From the NCBI GenBank assembly GCA_902524805.1, contig CABZES010000003.1:30574-94573 (forward strand): a DNA stretch of 64,000 nucleotides, in the 5' to 3' direction. Made by a program: the position numbers and the translations under genes. Of this stretch, positions 30,329 through 40,245 are shown piece by piece (position 1 is the first letter of the stretch; the number at the start of each line of letters is the position of its first letter). The notes under the pieces are model-generated. The model made no database searches. It had not been told where the DNA came from and worked only from the letters and a program-made list of their open reading frames with translations. The DNA is from an uncultured SAR86 cluster bacterium. GTDB taxonomy: Bacteria; Pseudomonadota; Gammaproteobacteria; Magnimaribacterales; AG-339-G14.

Positions 30329-31522
30329 ATGAAAACAGCAGTAATAGTAGATAGCGTCCGAACTGGACTAGCTAAATCTTTTAGGGGAGGCTTTAATCAA
30401 ACTCGTGCCGACGATATGACAGCTCATTTAGTCAATGCGCTATTAGAGAGAAATCCTGGATTAGATCCGTCTTTGGTAGAAGATATGATTTTAGGTTGTG
30501 GAGCACCAGAAGGAGCTCAGGGCCATAATATTGCAAGAAATGCGGCTGTATTGTCTAATCTGCCAATAGAAGTAGGCGGTACTACAGTTAATCGTTACTG
30601 TTCTTCAGGCTTACAGACTGTGGCTATGGCAGCAACTCAAGTTCAAAGTGGTTTTTCAGATTGTATTATTGCAGGTGGAGTTGAATCCATTAGCACTACT
30701 CAAGGAAATACCAATATGCATATGTATGTAAATGATAAATTAGCAGCTGACGTTCCAGGTATTTATCATGCAATGGGGCAAACAGCAGAATGTGTAGCAA
30801 AAAGATATGACGTTTCTAGAGAAGCTCAAGATGAATATGCGTTATCTAGTCAACTGAGAACAGCTGCAGCTCAAGAAGCTGGTCTCTACAGCGATGAAAT
30901 CGTTCCAATGGACACGACAATGAAATTGGTTAACAAAGAATCTGGAGAAGAAAAAGATGTCGAAGTCACTGTAGATAAAGACGATTGCAATCGACCTGAA
31001 ACAACAATTGAAGGATTGCAATCTTTAAAACCAGTCTTTGATCCAGAAAATGGTTCTGTGACTGCTGGTAATTCGTCGCAACTTTCTGATGGAGCTTCAG
31101 TAACTTTAGTCATGAGCGAAGACAAAGCTAAAGAAATGGGCTTAACTCCAAAACTTTATTTCAGAGGCTTTACAGTCGTTGGTTGTCAGCCAGATGAAAT
31201 GGGCATAGGGCCAGTCTATTCAATTCCGAAATTACTAAAATCAGCGGGCTTATCAATTGAAGATATTGATCTTTGGGAACTTAATGAAGCTTTCGCTTCG
31301 CAGGTTGTATACATCAGAGATCAACTAAAACTTCCTAGCGATAAATTGAATGTGAATGGTGGTTCAATTTCTATTGGACATCCTTTTGGTATGACTGGGT
31401 CAAGACAGGTTGGTCACATGGCTAGAGAACTCAACAGAAGAGACGGTAAATACGGCATCGTCACCATGTGTGTTGGCGGCGGCATGGGAGCAACTGGCCT
31501 TTTTGAAGCTTACAAAGCTTAA
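30329..31522 (+). CDS. acetyl-CoA C-acyltransferase (thiolase I/II family)
   Basis: Active-site Cys NRYCSSGLQ, GHPFGMTG and CVGGGMG motifs; RBS AGGAG. Confidence 0.9.
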   Translation: MKTAVIVDSVRTGLAKSFRGGFNQTRADDMTAHLVNALLERNPGLDPSLVEDMILGCGAPEGAQGHNIARNAAVLSNLPIEVGGTTVNRYCSSGLQTVAMAATQVQSGFSDCIIAGGVESISTTQGNTNMHMYVNDKLAADVPGIYHAMGQTAECVAKRYDVSREAQDEYALSSQLRTAAAQEAGLYSDEIVPMDTTMKLVNKESGEEKDVEVTVDKDDCNRPETTIEGLQSLKPVFDPENGSVTAGNSSQLSDGASVTLVMSEDKAKEMGLTPKLYFRGFTVVGCQPDEMGIGPVYSIPKLLKSAGLSIEDIDLWELNEAFASQVVYIRDQLKLPSDKLNVNGGSISIGHPFGMTGSRQVGHMARELNRRDGKYGIVTMCVGGGMGATGLFEAYKA

Positions 31523-31544
31523 GTAGACCTATTCCGTATCTTTC

Positions 31545-32489
31545 ATGAAAGATTCGGATGAGTTTGCAATACTCAAAAAAGTATTCAAAAATTTGGGGAA
31601 TCAATATTTTGATTCCTCAAATTTATTAATAGGGCCTGGAGACGACGCGGGTTTATTTCAGGCAAAAAAAGAATTAATTTTTTCAACCGACACCTCAGTT
31701 GAAAACATTCATTTTCCGAAAGGCTTAAATGCAAAGAAGATTGCATATAGATCCTGTGCTGTAGCTGCAAGTGACATAGCCGCATGCGGTGGAGAACTAA
31801 AGTGGCTAGCCGTCTCGCTCACTACTTCCTCAAAAGATAGAAACTGGATAGAAGATTTTTCAAAGGGCATTAGGGAGTTTTCCGATTCTTATAAAGTACC
31901 AATAATTGGAGGCGATCTAACCTCAGGTAAGGAAATTTCTATTTCTATTGGAGTTTGTGGAGAAATTGAAAAAAAATATTTCATGAGAAGAAGCGGTGCT
32001 AGAGAAAATGACCATATTTTTGTTACAGGTGATTTAGGAGAAGCTTTTATTGGTTTAAATCTATTAAAAAATAAAAAGCAAAAATTATCTTCAAAAGAAA
32101 AAATTTATTTGAAGAGATTTTTAAAGCCAGATATTGAAATTGCATTTAGTCAGGATTTATCTAAGTTAGCTAATAGTTGTATAGACATTTCAGATGGCTT
32201 ACTGGGCGATCTTAAGCACATTTGTGAAGAAAGTAATTTGGGCGCAAAAATATTTTTGGAAGATATACCATTTATCGGTGAATATAAAAATGCATTAACT
32301 TGTGGTGACGATTATCAACTCTGTTTTACCGCGAGTTCTAAAAATCTTGAAAGGATCTATAAAATTGCTCGAAATCATAAAATAAAATTATCAACAATAG
32401 GAAGCATGAAAAAGAGTAAAGGAATTTCAGTTTTCTCAAATGGAAAAAAAATAGCTCTTAAAAAAGCTGGGTATAATCATTTTAAATGA
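31545..32489 (+). CDS. thiL: thiamine-monophosphate kinase
   Basis: 314 aa, AIR-synthase-like fold, IGPGDDAG and DISDGL motifs; followed by pgpA as in E. coli. Confidence 0.9.
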   Translation: MKDSDEFAILKKVFKNLGNQYFDSSNLLIGPGDDAGLFQAKKELIFSTDTSVENIHFPKGLNAKKIAYRSCAVAASDIAACGGELKWLAVSLTTSSKDRNWIEDFSKGIREFSDSYKVPIIGGDLTSGKEISISIGVCGEIEKKYFMRRSGARENDHIFVTGDLGEAFIGLNLLKNKKQKLSSKEKIYLKRFLKPDIEIAFSQDLSKLANSCIDISDGLLGDLKHICEESNLGAKIFLEDIPFIGEYKNALTCGDDYQLCFTASSKNLERIYKIARNHKIKLSTIGSMKKSKGISVFSNGKKIALKKAGYNHFK

Positions 32490-32986
32490 AAAAGTTTCCC
32501 ATCTTAAAAAATCCAAGTCACTTTTTTGCAACTTTATTTGGCATTGGTTTATTGCCTCTAGCTCCTGGAACATGGGGCTCTTTGTTTGGTTTGATTTTGT
32601 TTTTATATACTGGAGTTTATTTATCTATCAGCCAAGAATTATTTTATTTTTTTCTTCTATGCATTATTTCTTTATCATTTATAGTTTGTTATTTTGCTAC
32701 CAAAGATTTAGATAACAATGAAAAAGATCAAAAATCTATCGTCATAGATGAGTTGGCTGGAGTTTGGCTAGCTTTCACTCCTGTTGCTGGGGTCGTAATG
32801 ATGAAGGAGTTTTTAATTTATTCATTTGTGGCGTTTTTTCTTTTTAGAATTTTTGATATTTGGAAGCCCTATCCGATAAATATAATAGATAGGGGGATAA
32901 AAAACTACTTTGGAGTTGTTTTGGACGACTTAATTGCTGGAGTTTATGCAGCGATTACAGTGATTCTAATTTCTTATTTATTTTAG
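32486..32986 (+). CDS. pgpA: phosphatidylglycerophosphatase A
   Basis: 166 aa membrane protein with GTWGSL and VIDELAG motifs; ATGA overlap with thiL. Confidence 0.88.
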   Translation: MKKFPILKNPSHFFATLFGIGLLPLAPGTWGSLFGLILFLYTGVYLSISQELFYFFLLCIISLSFIVCYFATKDLDNNEKDQKSIVIDELAGVWLAFTPVAGVVMMKEFLIYSFVAFFLFRIFDIWKPYPINIIDRGIKNYFGVVLDDLIAGVYAAITVILISYLF

Positions 32987-34823
32987 TAAGTAATTCTTTT
33001 TTGGTTAATTTAGAAGCTTCTTTTTGATCATCTGGCGAACCCACTACTGGAAACTCATCTGAAACACCAAAATTAAGTACGCTTGTATTTAAATAATTTG
33101 CGTTCATAAATTCATTTACACCTGAACCTGCACCTCCAGCAATTACATTTTCTTCAACAGTTACAAAGAGCTTATGGGTTTCGCTTAACTCCTTCAAAAG
33201 TTTCTCATCTAAAGGCTTAACAAATCTCATATCTATCAAGGTTGTATCTAGTTCAGACGCAACTTCTTTGGAAATGTTTAATAAACTACCGAACGATAAT
33301 ATTGCAATTCCAGAAGAATCTTTTCTTCTTAATACATTTGCCTTTCCCAATTCAATTTCATCTCCAACTTTATTTATATTTTCCCCAGGAGCATTACCTC
33401 TTGGGTATCTAACAGCTACAGGACCTTTGTGAGAATAACCGAAATTCAGCATTTGCCAGCATTCATTTTCATTTGATGGAGCCATAATAATTAAATTAGG
33501 AACACACCTAAGGTAGGTTAAATCAAATATTCCAGCATGAGTTGCACCATCTTCACCAACAAATCCGGCTCTATCAATAGCCAAAAGTATATCTAAATTT
33601 TGAATTGCAACATCATGGATAAGCTGATCATAAGCTCTTTGCAGAAAGGTAGAATATATAGCTAGAATAGGTTTCTTGCCTTCACAAGCTAAACCGGCGG
33701 CGAAAGTCATGCTGTGTTGTTCCGCAATTGCAACATCATAAAATTGATCTGGAAATCTTTCAGCAAACTCTGTCATTCCAGATCCTTCTGACATTGCCGG
33801 AGTAATAGCAACCAAATCATTATCTCCCGATTCAGCCTTTTCACACAACCATTCGCCAAAAACATCTTGGTACTTCGGACCTTTATTTTTGCTAGAAGAG
33901 GGCTTGCTATTAGAAAGGGCATGAAAGGTAATTGGATCTTTCTCCGCAGGAATAAAACCTTTGCCTTTCTTAGTAACCAAATGAAGAAAAACAGGACCTG
34001 AGAGATTATTAATATTCTTTAGGGTCCTCACTAAATCTTTCAGGTTATGACCATCCATAGGTCCTATGTATTGAAATCCCAATTCTTCAAATAAAGCACC
34101 AGGAGATAAAAAACCTTTGATAGAAGTTTCAGTTTTTTTAGCAAATCGTTTGGCCGAGGGAATCATTCTTAATACTGATTTTCCACTCTCTCTAACTTGT
34201 ATGTACCATCTACTGGACCATATTTTCGCTAAGTAGTTAGAAATTCCTCCTGTATTATTTGAAATTGACATATTGTTATCGTTTAAAATCACCAAAAGAT
34301 CTTTATCTATTGAGCCGGCATGTGCCATTGCTTCGTAGGCCATACCAGCTGTTATTGCCCCATCACCAATTACTGAAATATGTCTATTTTCGGAATTTGC
34401 AACACTCATACCTAATGCAGCGCCAATAGAAGTACTTGAATGTCCCACACCAAAAGCGTCAAAATTACTTTCTTCTCTCGATGGAAAAGGATGAAGACCA
34501 TCTTTTTGTCTCATGGAAAGCATCTTCTCTTTTCTGCCGGTAAGAATTTTATGGGGGTATGCTTGATGACCAACATCCCAAACAATCTTATCTTTGGGAG
34601 TATTGAAAACATAATGAAGTGCTACAGTTAATTCAACAACTCCCAAACCAGCACCAAAATGTCCACCAGAGATATTTGTTGAGTATAAAAGAAATTCTCT
34701 TATTTCATCAGAAAGTTTTATTAATTTTTCTGTAGAAAAATTTTTTATAAGACTAAGATCATCTAAAGAATCCAATAGAGGAGTAGAAGGTTCAAGTTGA
34801 GGTAGATCATTATGAATTTTCAT
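32955..34823 (-). CDS. dxs: 1-deoxy-D-xylulose-5-phosphate synthase
   Basis: 622 aa. GHFGAGLG, ThDP motif GDGAITAGMAYEAMAHAG...NDN; classic xseB-ispA-dxs order. Confidence 0.96.
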   Translation of the reverse strand: MKIHNDLPQLEPSTPLLDSLDDLSLIKNFSTEKLIKLSDEIREFLLYSTNISGGHFGAGLGVVELTVALHYVFNTPKDKIVWDVGHQAYPHKILTGRKEKMLSMRQKDGLHPFPSREESNFDAFGVGHSSTSIGAALGMSVANSENRHISVIGDGAITAGMAYEAMAHAGSIDKDLLVILNDNNMSISNNTGGISNYLAKIWSSRWYIQVRESGKSVLRMIPSAKRFAKKTETSIKGFLSPGALFEELGFQYIGPMDGHNLKDLVRTLKNINNLSGPVFLHLVTKKGKGFIPAEKDPITFHALSNSKPSSSKNKGPKYQDVFGEWLCEKAESGDNDLVAITPAMSEGSGMTEFAERFPDQFYDVAIAEQHSMTFAAGLACEGKKPILAIYSTFLQRAYDQLIHDVAIQNLDILLAIDRAGFVGEDGATHAGIFDLTYLRCVPNLIIMAPSNENECWQMLNFGYSHKGPVAVRYPRGNAPGENINKVGDEIELGKANVLRRKDSSGIAILSFGSLLNISKEVASELDTTLIDMRFVKPLDEKLLKELSETHKLFVTVEENVIAGGAGSGVNEFMNANYLNTSVLNFGVSDEFPVVGSPDDQKEASKLTKKELLTKINKKLESL

Positions 34824-34824
34824 C

Positions 34825-35724
34825 TTAATTTTTTCTGTTTATAACTAACTCACAAAGAAATTCCAATTTATCGGTTTTAAAAGGCAATTCGTTAAGGATT
34901 TCTAAAGCTTCATCAATTAAAAGCTCTGCCTTTTTCTGAGATTTTTCGATTCCTATTATCGAAGGATAAGTAGATTTATTATTTTTAATGTCTGATTTAA
35001 TCGGCTTACCAATTTTAGTTTCATCGCCAATTTCATCCAAGATATCATCTCTAATTTGGAAAGCTAAACCAAATTTATTTGAAAATTTAATTAATTTTTT
35101 TACCGTAATATCATCAATATTTTTTTTGATAAGACAAACACACATCACACATGCTTCGATTAATTTTCCTGTTTTTAAATAGTGTATTTCGTCGAGCTCG
35201 GCTTCTGTTAAAACTTTGTTTTCAGAGAGTATATCTCTATTTTGCCCCTCTACCATTCCTTCTGGTCCACAAGCTCGGGCAAACAAATTAATTATTTTTA
35301 ATTTTGTATCATCTTTTAGATTTGGATCTTCTATGGAAGTAAGAACTTCTAATGATAATGGTTGAATAGCATCGCCAGTTAGAATGGCTGTTGCTTCATC
35401 GAATTTTTTGTGACAGCTTAATTGTCCTCTACGAAAATCATCATCATCCATTGCAGGAAGATCGTCATGAATTAAGGAATAACAATGAATTAATTCTCCT
35501 GCAGCAGCAATTAGATCAACATTATCATTTGAAATTTCAACGTTTAATATATCGCTAAGAATAAGAATAATTTGAGGCCTTATTCTTTTGCCTCCATTCA
35601 TTACAGAATAATGGATGGCCTCAGTCACCCTGGAGATTTCTTTCTTTGGAAGAGTTTTGAATAAGGCTTTGTTTATTCTTGTGAGATTTTCTTCCAGGAA
35701 CTTATGTTCGTTAGCTATCATCAA
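34825..35724 (-). CDS. ispA: (2E,6E)-farnesyl diphosphate synthase
   Basis: First and second Asp-rich motifs DDLPAMDDDDFRRG and FQIRDDILD. Confidence 0.93.
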   Translation of the reverse strand: MMIANEHKFLEENLTRINKALFKTLPKKEISRVTEAIHYSVMNGGKRIRPQIILILSDILNVEISNDNVDLIAAAGELIHCYSLIHDDLPAMDDDDFRRGQLSCHKKFDEATAILTGDAIQPLSLEVLTSIEDPNLKDDTKLKIINLFARACGPEGMVEGQNRDILSENKVLTEAELDEIHYLKTGKLIEACVMCVCLIKKNIDDITVKKLIKFSNKFGLAFQIRDDILDEIGDETKIGKPIKSDIKNNKSTYPSIIGIEKSQKKAELLIDEALEILNELPFKTDKLEFLCELVINRKN

Positions 35725-35941
35725 ATGATTCTAAATCAAAAGATCCATCATCAGAATCAACTAATTTTTCTATTTTGAGCTCAGCTTCAGTTAGTAATTT
35801 TTGACAATGCCTAGTTAATTTTATTCCATCTTCAAAAGCTTTTATTGATTTTTCAAGAGGAAGATCTCCAGCTTCTAGTTCGGTAACAATTTCTTCTAAT
35901 TTTTTTAAGGAAGATTCAAAATCTTTATTTTTTTCAGGCAT
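35711..35941 (-). CDS. xseB: exodeoxyribonuclease VII small subunit
   Basis: 76 aa coiled-coil protein, LKKLEEIVTELEAGDLPLE; overlaps the ispA start. Confidence 0.88.
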   Translation of the reverse strand: MPEKNKDFESSLKKLEEIVTELEAGDLPLEKSIKAFEDGIKLTRHCQKLLTEAELKIEKLVDSDDGSFDLESFDDS

Positions 35942-35942
35942 A

Positions 35943-38900
35943 TCAAATATTTGGTTTTGGTTCTGATTTTACAGAATTAAAATTTGCATACAATTCTTTA
36001 ATTCTTTCAGGCAACATAAGCCAGCAGGGCGTTAAAATAAGAGTCATAAGAGAAGCAAAAGTTAAGCCCCATACAACAGCGAAGGATAAGGGAGACCACC
36101 ATTCTACTGTTCTACTTCCGACTCCAATGTCTCTTGATATTAAATCTACCCCTAAGCCGGCAGCAAGTGGCATTAGACCAACTACTGTCGTAGCAGTGGT
36201 AAGAATTATTGGTCTTATTCTTTGGGCAGCAGTTCTGACAATAAGATCTTTTCGAGATGTATTTATATTCTCTTTTCTTAGCACATTGTAGGTATCAACA
36301 AGTACGATATTATTATTTACAACGATTCCTGCCAAAGCAATTATGCCAAGATTTGTAAAAAGAAAACTTACTGGGAACTGAGTTATAAGATGTCCTAGAT
36401 AGACTCCCGCGGTTGATAGAAATACGGCCGATATAACTATCCAAACTTGATAAAAACTATTTAGCTGAATCATCAACAGGATGGCCATTAGAAAAAGACC
36501 TATAATTGCTGCAGAGACAAAAAATTCTGCATCTTCTGCAGCTTGTTCTGCTTGACCGCCAAAATCAAATTGTAGTTTCTGATATTCATTATTATCTTGA
36601 ATCCATTGATTTATTTTTGGGAGTACGTCTTCTACCAAAGCGCCTTGAGCATAATCAGCAGCTATCGTGAAGGCTCTCTCTCCCTCAACTCTTCTTATTG
36701 CAGGAGCCTCATAAGATGGTTTTACCGAAACAAAACTGCTTAATGGAACTGAGCCAAATCTTGTTGATATAGTCAATTGGTCAAATAAATCTAATCTTCT
36801 TTGAGACTCAGGAAATCTTACTCTTATATCTATAGCTTCATCTAAATCAGCAGGACGGTATTCTCCAACTTTAACTCCTGCAGTTAGAAATTGAATTGCA
36901 GTTCCTATTTCGCTAGTCGTAACTCCAAATTGCTTAGCTTTTTCCTTATCAATCTTTAATTTCCATTTGAGATCTTCTCTCGGAATTGTGTTGTAAACAT
37001 TCCTAGCTCCAGGAACTTGCTTATCAATGAAATCAGTAAGAGCGAGTGTTGCTTCATAAACCATCTGACTGTCTGGTCCAAAAACATCTATTTCAATAGG
37101 ATTGTCTGAAGGTGGACCACTATCTCTTGCTTTAATTGCAATCTTTATTCCTGGTATATTTTTTAACTTATCATCAAGCTCTTCTATAACTTCATCACCA
37201 CTTTTAATTAGCGAGTCTCTATCAAAAGGCATACCAACATAAATTTTACCTATGGAGTCAGCGTTACCTCTATCTCTTGGATCATTTGAGCCAGCTTGTT
37301 CTAAAAAAACACTTTCCGGTCCTTCTACAGAAAGAACAATTTTTTCAATTTCTTTTAAATACTCAAGAGTTTCATTAGCATTAAAGTTCCCTCTGGCCTG
37401 TACTTCAACAATAATTGTATCGGGGTCTTCTTTAATGAAAAAGGAACCACCTGGACCATGTTGGCCATAAATACTAAAAATTGTGACAACACTAAGAAGT
37501 AAAAAAGTAATTACTATGCCTGGTTTATCTAATAACTTATCTAGAAACCTGGCATATTTTCCAGTAAAACCGTCTAAAGTCTTTGGATCTCCGTTTTCAA
37601 GAAGAGCAGAATTTTGTAAGGTTTTAAAATTTCTTCTACCAAGACTTCCAAAAATAGAACCTATAGCTGGAGTAAAAGCCAAAGCATAAAGAATTGAAGC
37701 ACTTAAGACTAAGAATAAAGTAGTAATCATTGGTCTCATGAATTGACCTGAAATTCCTTCCCAAAATAAAAGCGGGAAGAATATTGCAAGGGTCGTTCCA
37801 ATAGAAATGATCACTGGCCAAAACATTCTTTTCGCAGATCTTTTGTAAGCCTCAACTCTATCTAATCCTTCGCTCATTTTTCTATCGGCATATTCAACCA
37901 CCACCACACTACCATCAATCAACATCCCTAAAGAAATCAAGAAACCAAAGCACACCATAAAGTTAAATGTATATTCAATAATATTTAGAAAAATACATGC
38001 AAAAAGAAAACAGGCAGGAATAGCTAAAGCCACCATAGACGAAGATCTTAAACCCATAGCTGCAACCACTATGATCACAACTAAAATTAAAGCCGTTAAA
38101 GTATTTCCAACAATTTCTCTTATAAGTAAAACTGAAAATTGAGTCCTATCTTCTGTAATTACAATATCGATATCAGGAGGAAGAATCTCTTCAGATTTTG
38201 AAATAATTTTATAAATTTCTCTTGCTACTACAACTTCTCTTGCATCTGTTTTTTTATAAATAGAAATCGTTGCAGAAGGTTGTCCGTTGACTCTTGAGAA
38301 AGAATCTTTGTCTCGAAAAGTTCTTTTGATATCTACGAGGTCTTCAAGAGAAACAACAGCATTGTCGTTTTCTAAAACAGGAATTCTTTTTACATCTTCT
38401 GCAGTTTCAAAGACAGAAGGAACAATTACTGAAAACTTACCCGTACCAGAAATTATATCTCCTGCGGGGATAGCTCTATTATTTTGCTGAATGGCATTGT
38501 AAATATCAAGGGCAGAAGCCTGATAACTATCTAGTTTAGTTTTATCAACAATAGCTTCTAATACTTCATCTGGAGCTCCAACCAATTTAGCTTCCAACAC
38601 TCCAGGTAATGATTCAATTTCAGTGGCCATCTCTTTCGCGAAGCGAATTAATTCTCTTTCAGATGAGGCAGCAGAAATAAAGTTAAGGTTCATCACAGGA
38701 AAGGCATCAAAAGAGAATTCTTTTACAAACGGTTTTTCCGATTCCTCTGGTAAATCAAGCAAGATTTCATCAATCGCGTCTTTAACATCAACTAGAGCAT
38801 CTTCTTTTGGATAACTATCAGGAAATTCTAAAATGATGTAACCCATGCCATCTCTGCTCCAAGATTGCATGCTTTTTACTTCACTTAAAGATCTAAAACG

Positions 38901-39110
38901 ATCTTCCAATGGCCTTGTAATAAGTCTTTCTACGTCCTCAGGCGAAGCGCCTTCATATTCAGTTGAAACAAATACATAAGGAATGTTGATGTCAGAATAT
39001 GCAGAAGCAGGAATTAAAGCTACTGAAGAAATACCCCAAACGATTATTAAAGCAAGAAAAGTTAGTGTTGCTTTATATCTATCTACAAAAAAATCAATTA
39101 ACGCGTTCAT
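35943..39110 (-). CDS. RND efflux transporter permease (AcrB/AcrD/AcrF family)
   Basis: 1055 aa. Two-fold repeated TM/periplasmic architecture; N-terminal FFVDRYKATLTFLALIIVWG. Stop lies 1 nt before the xseB start. Confidence 0.9.
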   Translation of the reverse strand: MNALIDFFVDRYKATLTFLALIIVWGISSVALIPASAYSDINIPYVFVSTEYEGASPEDVERLITRPLEDRFRSLSEVKSMQSWSRDGMGYIILEFPDSYPKEDALVDVKDAIDEILLDLPEESEKPFVKEFSFDAFPVMNLNFISAASSERELIRFAKEMATEIESLPGVLEAKLVGAPDEVLEAIVDKTKLDSYQASALDIYNAIQQNNRAIPAGDIISGTGKFSVIVPSVFETAEDVKRIPVLENDNAVVSLEDLVDIKRTFRDKDSFSRVNGQPSATISIYKKTDAREVVVAREIYKIISKSEEILPPDIDIVITEDRTQFSVLLIREIVGNTLTALILVVIIVVAAMGLRSSSMVALAIPACFLFACIFLNIIEYTFNFMVCFGFLISLGMLIDGSVVVVEYADRKMSEGLDRVEAYKRSAKRMFWPVIISIGTTLAIFFPLLFWEGISGQFMRPMITTLFLVLSASILYALAFTPAIGSIFGSLGRRNFKTLQNSALLENGDPKTLDGFTGKYARFLDKLLDKPGIVITFLLLSVVTIFSIYGQHGPGGSFFIKEDPDTIIVEVQARGNFNANETLEYLKEIEKIVLSVEGPESVFLEQAGSNDPRDRGNADSIGKIYVGMPFDRDSLIKSGDEVIEELDDKLKNIPGIKIAIKARDSGPPSDNPIEIDVFGPDSQMVYEATLALTDFIDKQVPGARNVYNTIPREDLKWKLKIDKEKAKQFGVTTSEIGTAIQFLTAGVKVGEYRPADLDEAIDIRVRFPESQRRLDLFDQLTISTRFGSVPLSSFVSVKPSYEAPAIRRVEGERAFTIAADYAQGALVEDVLPKINQWIQDNNEYQKLQFDFGGQAEQAAEDAEFFVSAAIIGLFLMAILLMIQLNSFYQVWIVISAVFLSTAGVYLGHLITQFPVSFLFTNLGIIALAGIVVNNNIVLVDTYNVLRKENINTSRKDLIVRTAAQRIRPIILTTATTVVGLMPLAAGLGVDLISRDIGVGSRTVEWWSPLSFAVVWGLTFASLMTLILTPCWLMLPERIKELYANFNSVKSEPKPNI

Positions 39111-40167
39111 TTGACATTAAACGCTCATCAATAGCTACTTCAACTTTTTCTCCGTCGCTTACATAGTCTTGGCCAACAGTAATGATTCTGGATTTTTTTG
39201 GCAATCCTGAAATCCAAGCACCTTTTTCGGTATCTTGAATCAAATTAATATTAATAAATTCTACAGTTCCTGAATCGCCAACAATTCTGATACCTAAGTC
39301 ACCTGCGTCATCTAATCTCAAAATGGAAAGAGGTACTAAATTAGCGAGTTGATTTTCTCCCGGAAGATAAATTCTTGCTGATGAGCCATCTTTTATGATG
39401 CCTTCTTTATTTTCAATTGTGACTTCTACTCTGAATGTGTGAGTTCGACTATTGGCAGAAGAAGAAATAAAACTAACTTTCCCTATATGAGATTTTCCAT
39501 CTAAAGTCTCAATTTTTGCCTCAGAACCGATGTTAACAAATCTAATATCGGTTTCAGAAATTTCACCACTCACAATCATAGGATCAAGATCTAATAAAAC
39601 TGCACAAGTTGCCCCTCTTGTTAAGAAATCTCCTTCATCCAAAGCAATTCTGTCTACAATTCCTGAAAAAGGAGCTTTAATTGTTGCATTATCAAGTTCA
39701 AGTTTTGCTCTTTCAAAGTTTGATTTAATATTTTGAAACTGATTGGAAGAATAAAGCCCCTCATCAAAAAGTTTTTGTGCAGATCTATATTCAAGTTCTG
39801 CTTTTTTAAAAAAAGATTCTTTTTCTGCCAAAAAAATTGAACAAATTGGATCTCCCTCTTTGACTAATGAACCTTGCTTAACCGGCAAAGAAATGACTCT
39901 TCCCGACGTTTCTGCTTTAAGCTCAACTTTTTTATCTGCTTCTGCAAATCCCTTAACTAGTATTTCCCTTGTGAAATCTTGTGAAACTTGTTCAATTACT
40001 CTGACCATTGATTCTTTTTCAACATAAGCTTCAAGAGTTTCTTCTTTTTCTACAAGCACGCCAGAGATCATCCAAATCAAAGCAAATCCTAAGAACATTG
40101 CAGACCACTCGATATTAGATCGAGTTAGCAAAACTTCCTTAATTGTGAGGAAATATTTATTTTTCAT
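39094..40167 (-). CDS. RND efflux periplasmic adaptor (membrane fusion protein)
   Basis: 357 aa. N-terminal TM anchor plus lipoyl/alpha-hairpin/beta-barrel pattern (..APFSGIVDRIALDEGDF..). 17-nt overlap with the RND permease. Confidence 0.85.
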   Translation of the reverse strand: MKNKYFLTIKEVLLTRSNIEWSAMFLGFALIWMISGVLVEKEETLEAYVEKESMVRVIEQVSQDFTREILVKGFAEADKKVELKAETSGRVISLPVKQGSLVKEGDPICSIFLAEKESFFKKAELEYRSAQKLFDEGLYSSNQFQNIKSNFERAKLELDNATIKAPFSGIVDRIALDEGDFLTRGATCAVLLDLDPMIVSGEISETDIRFVNIGSEAKIETLDGKSHIGKVSFISSSANSRTHTFRVEVTIENKEGIIKDGSSARIYLPGENQLANLVPLSILRLDDAGDLGIRIVGDSGTVEFININLIQDTEKGAWISGLPKKSRIITVGQDYVSDGEKVEVAIDERLMSNERVN

Positions 40168-40192
40168 ATTTTAAATAATGGGACTAAAACTG

Positions 40193-40201
40193 ATTATATC
40201 A
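40193..40201 (-). promoter_or_regulatory. candidate extended -10 promoter element for the efflux-xseB-ispA-dxs transcription unit
   Basis: The minus strand reads TGATATAAT, about 26 nt upstream of the adaptor-protein ATG, in a 78-nt spacer. Confidence 0.4.
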
Positions 40202-40245
40202 AGGTAATTTCAGGTAGATAAATTACTTTTGAAAGTGTCTTAAAA

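Noticed and set aside
31523-31544. TPP riboswitch ahead of thiL, and a regulatory leader ahead of glyA at 22737-22782.
   Set aside because: The spacers are 22 and 46 nt, too short for these elements. No conserved riboswitch core sequences were seen.
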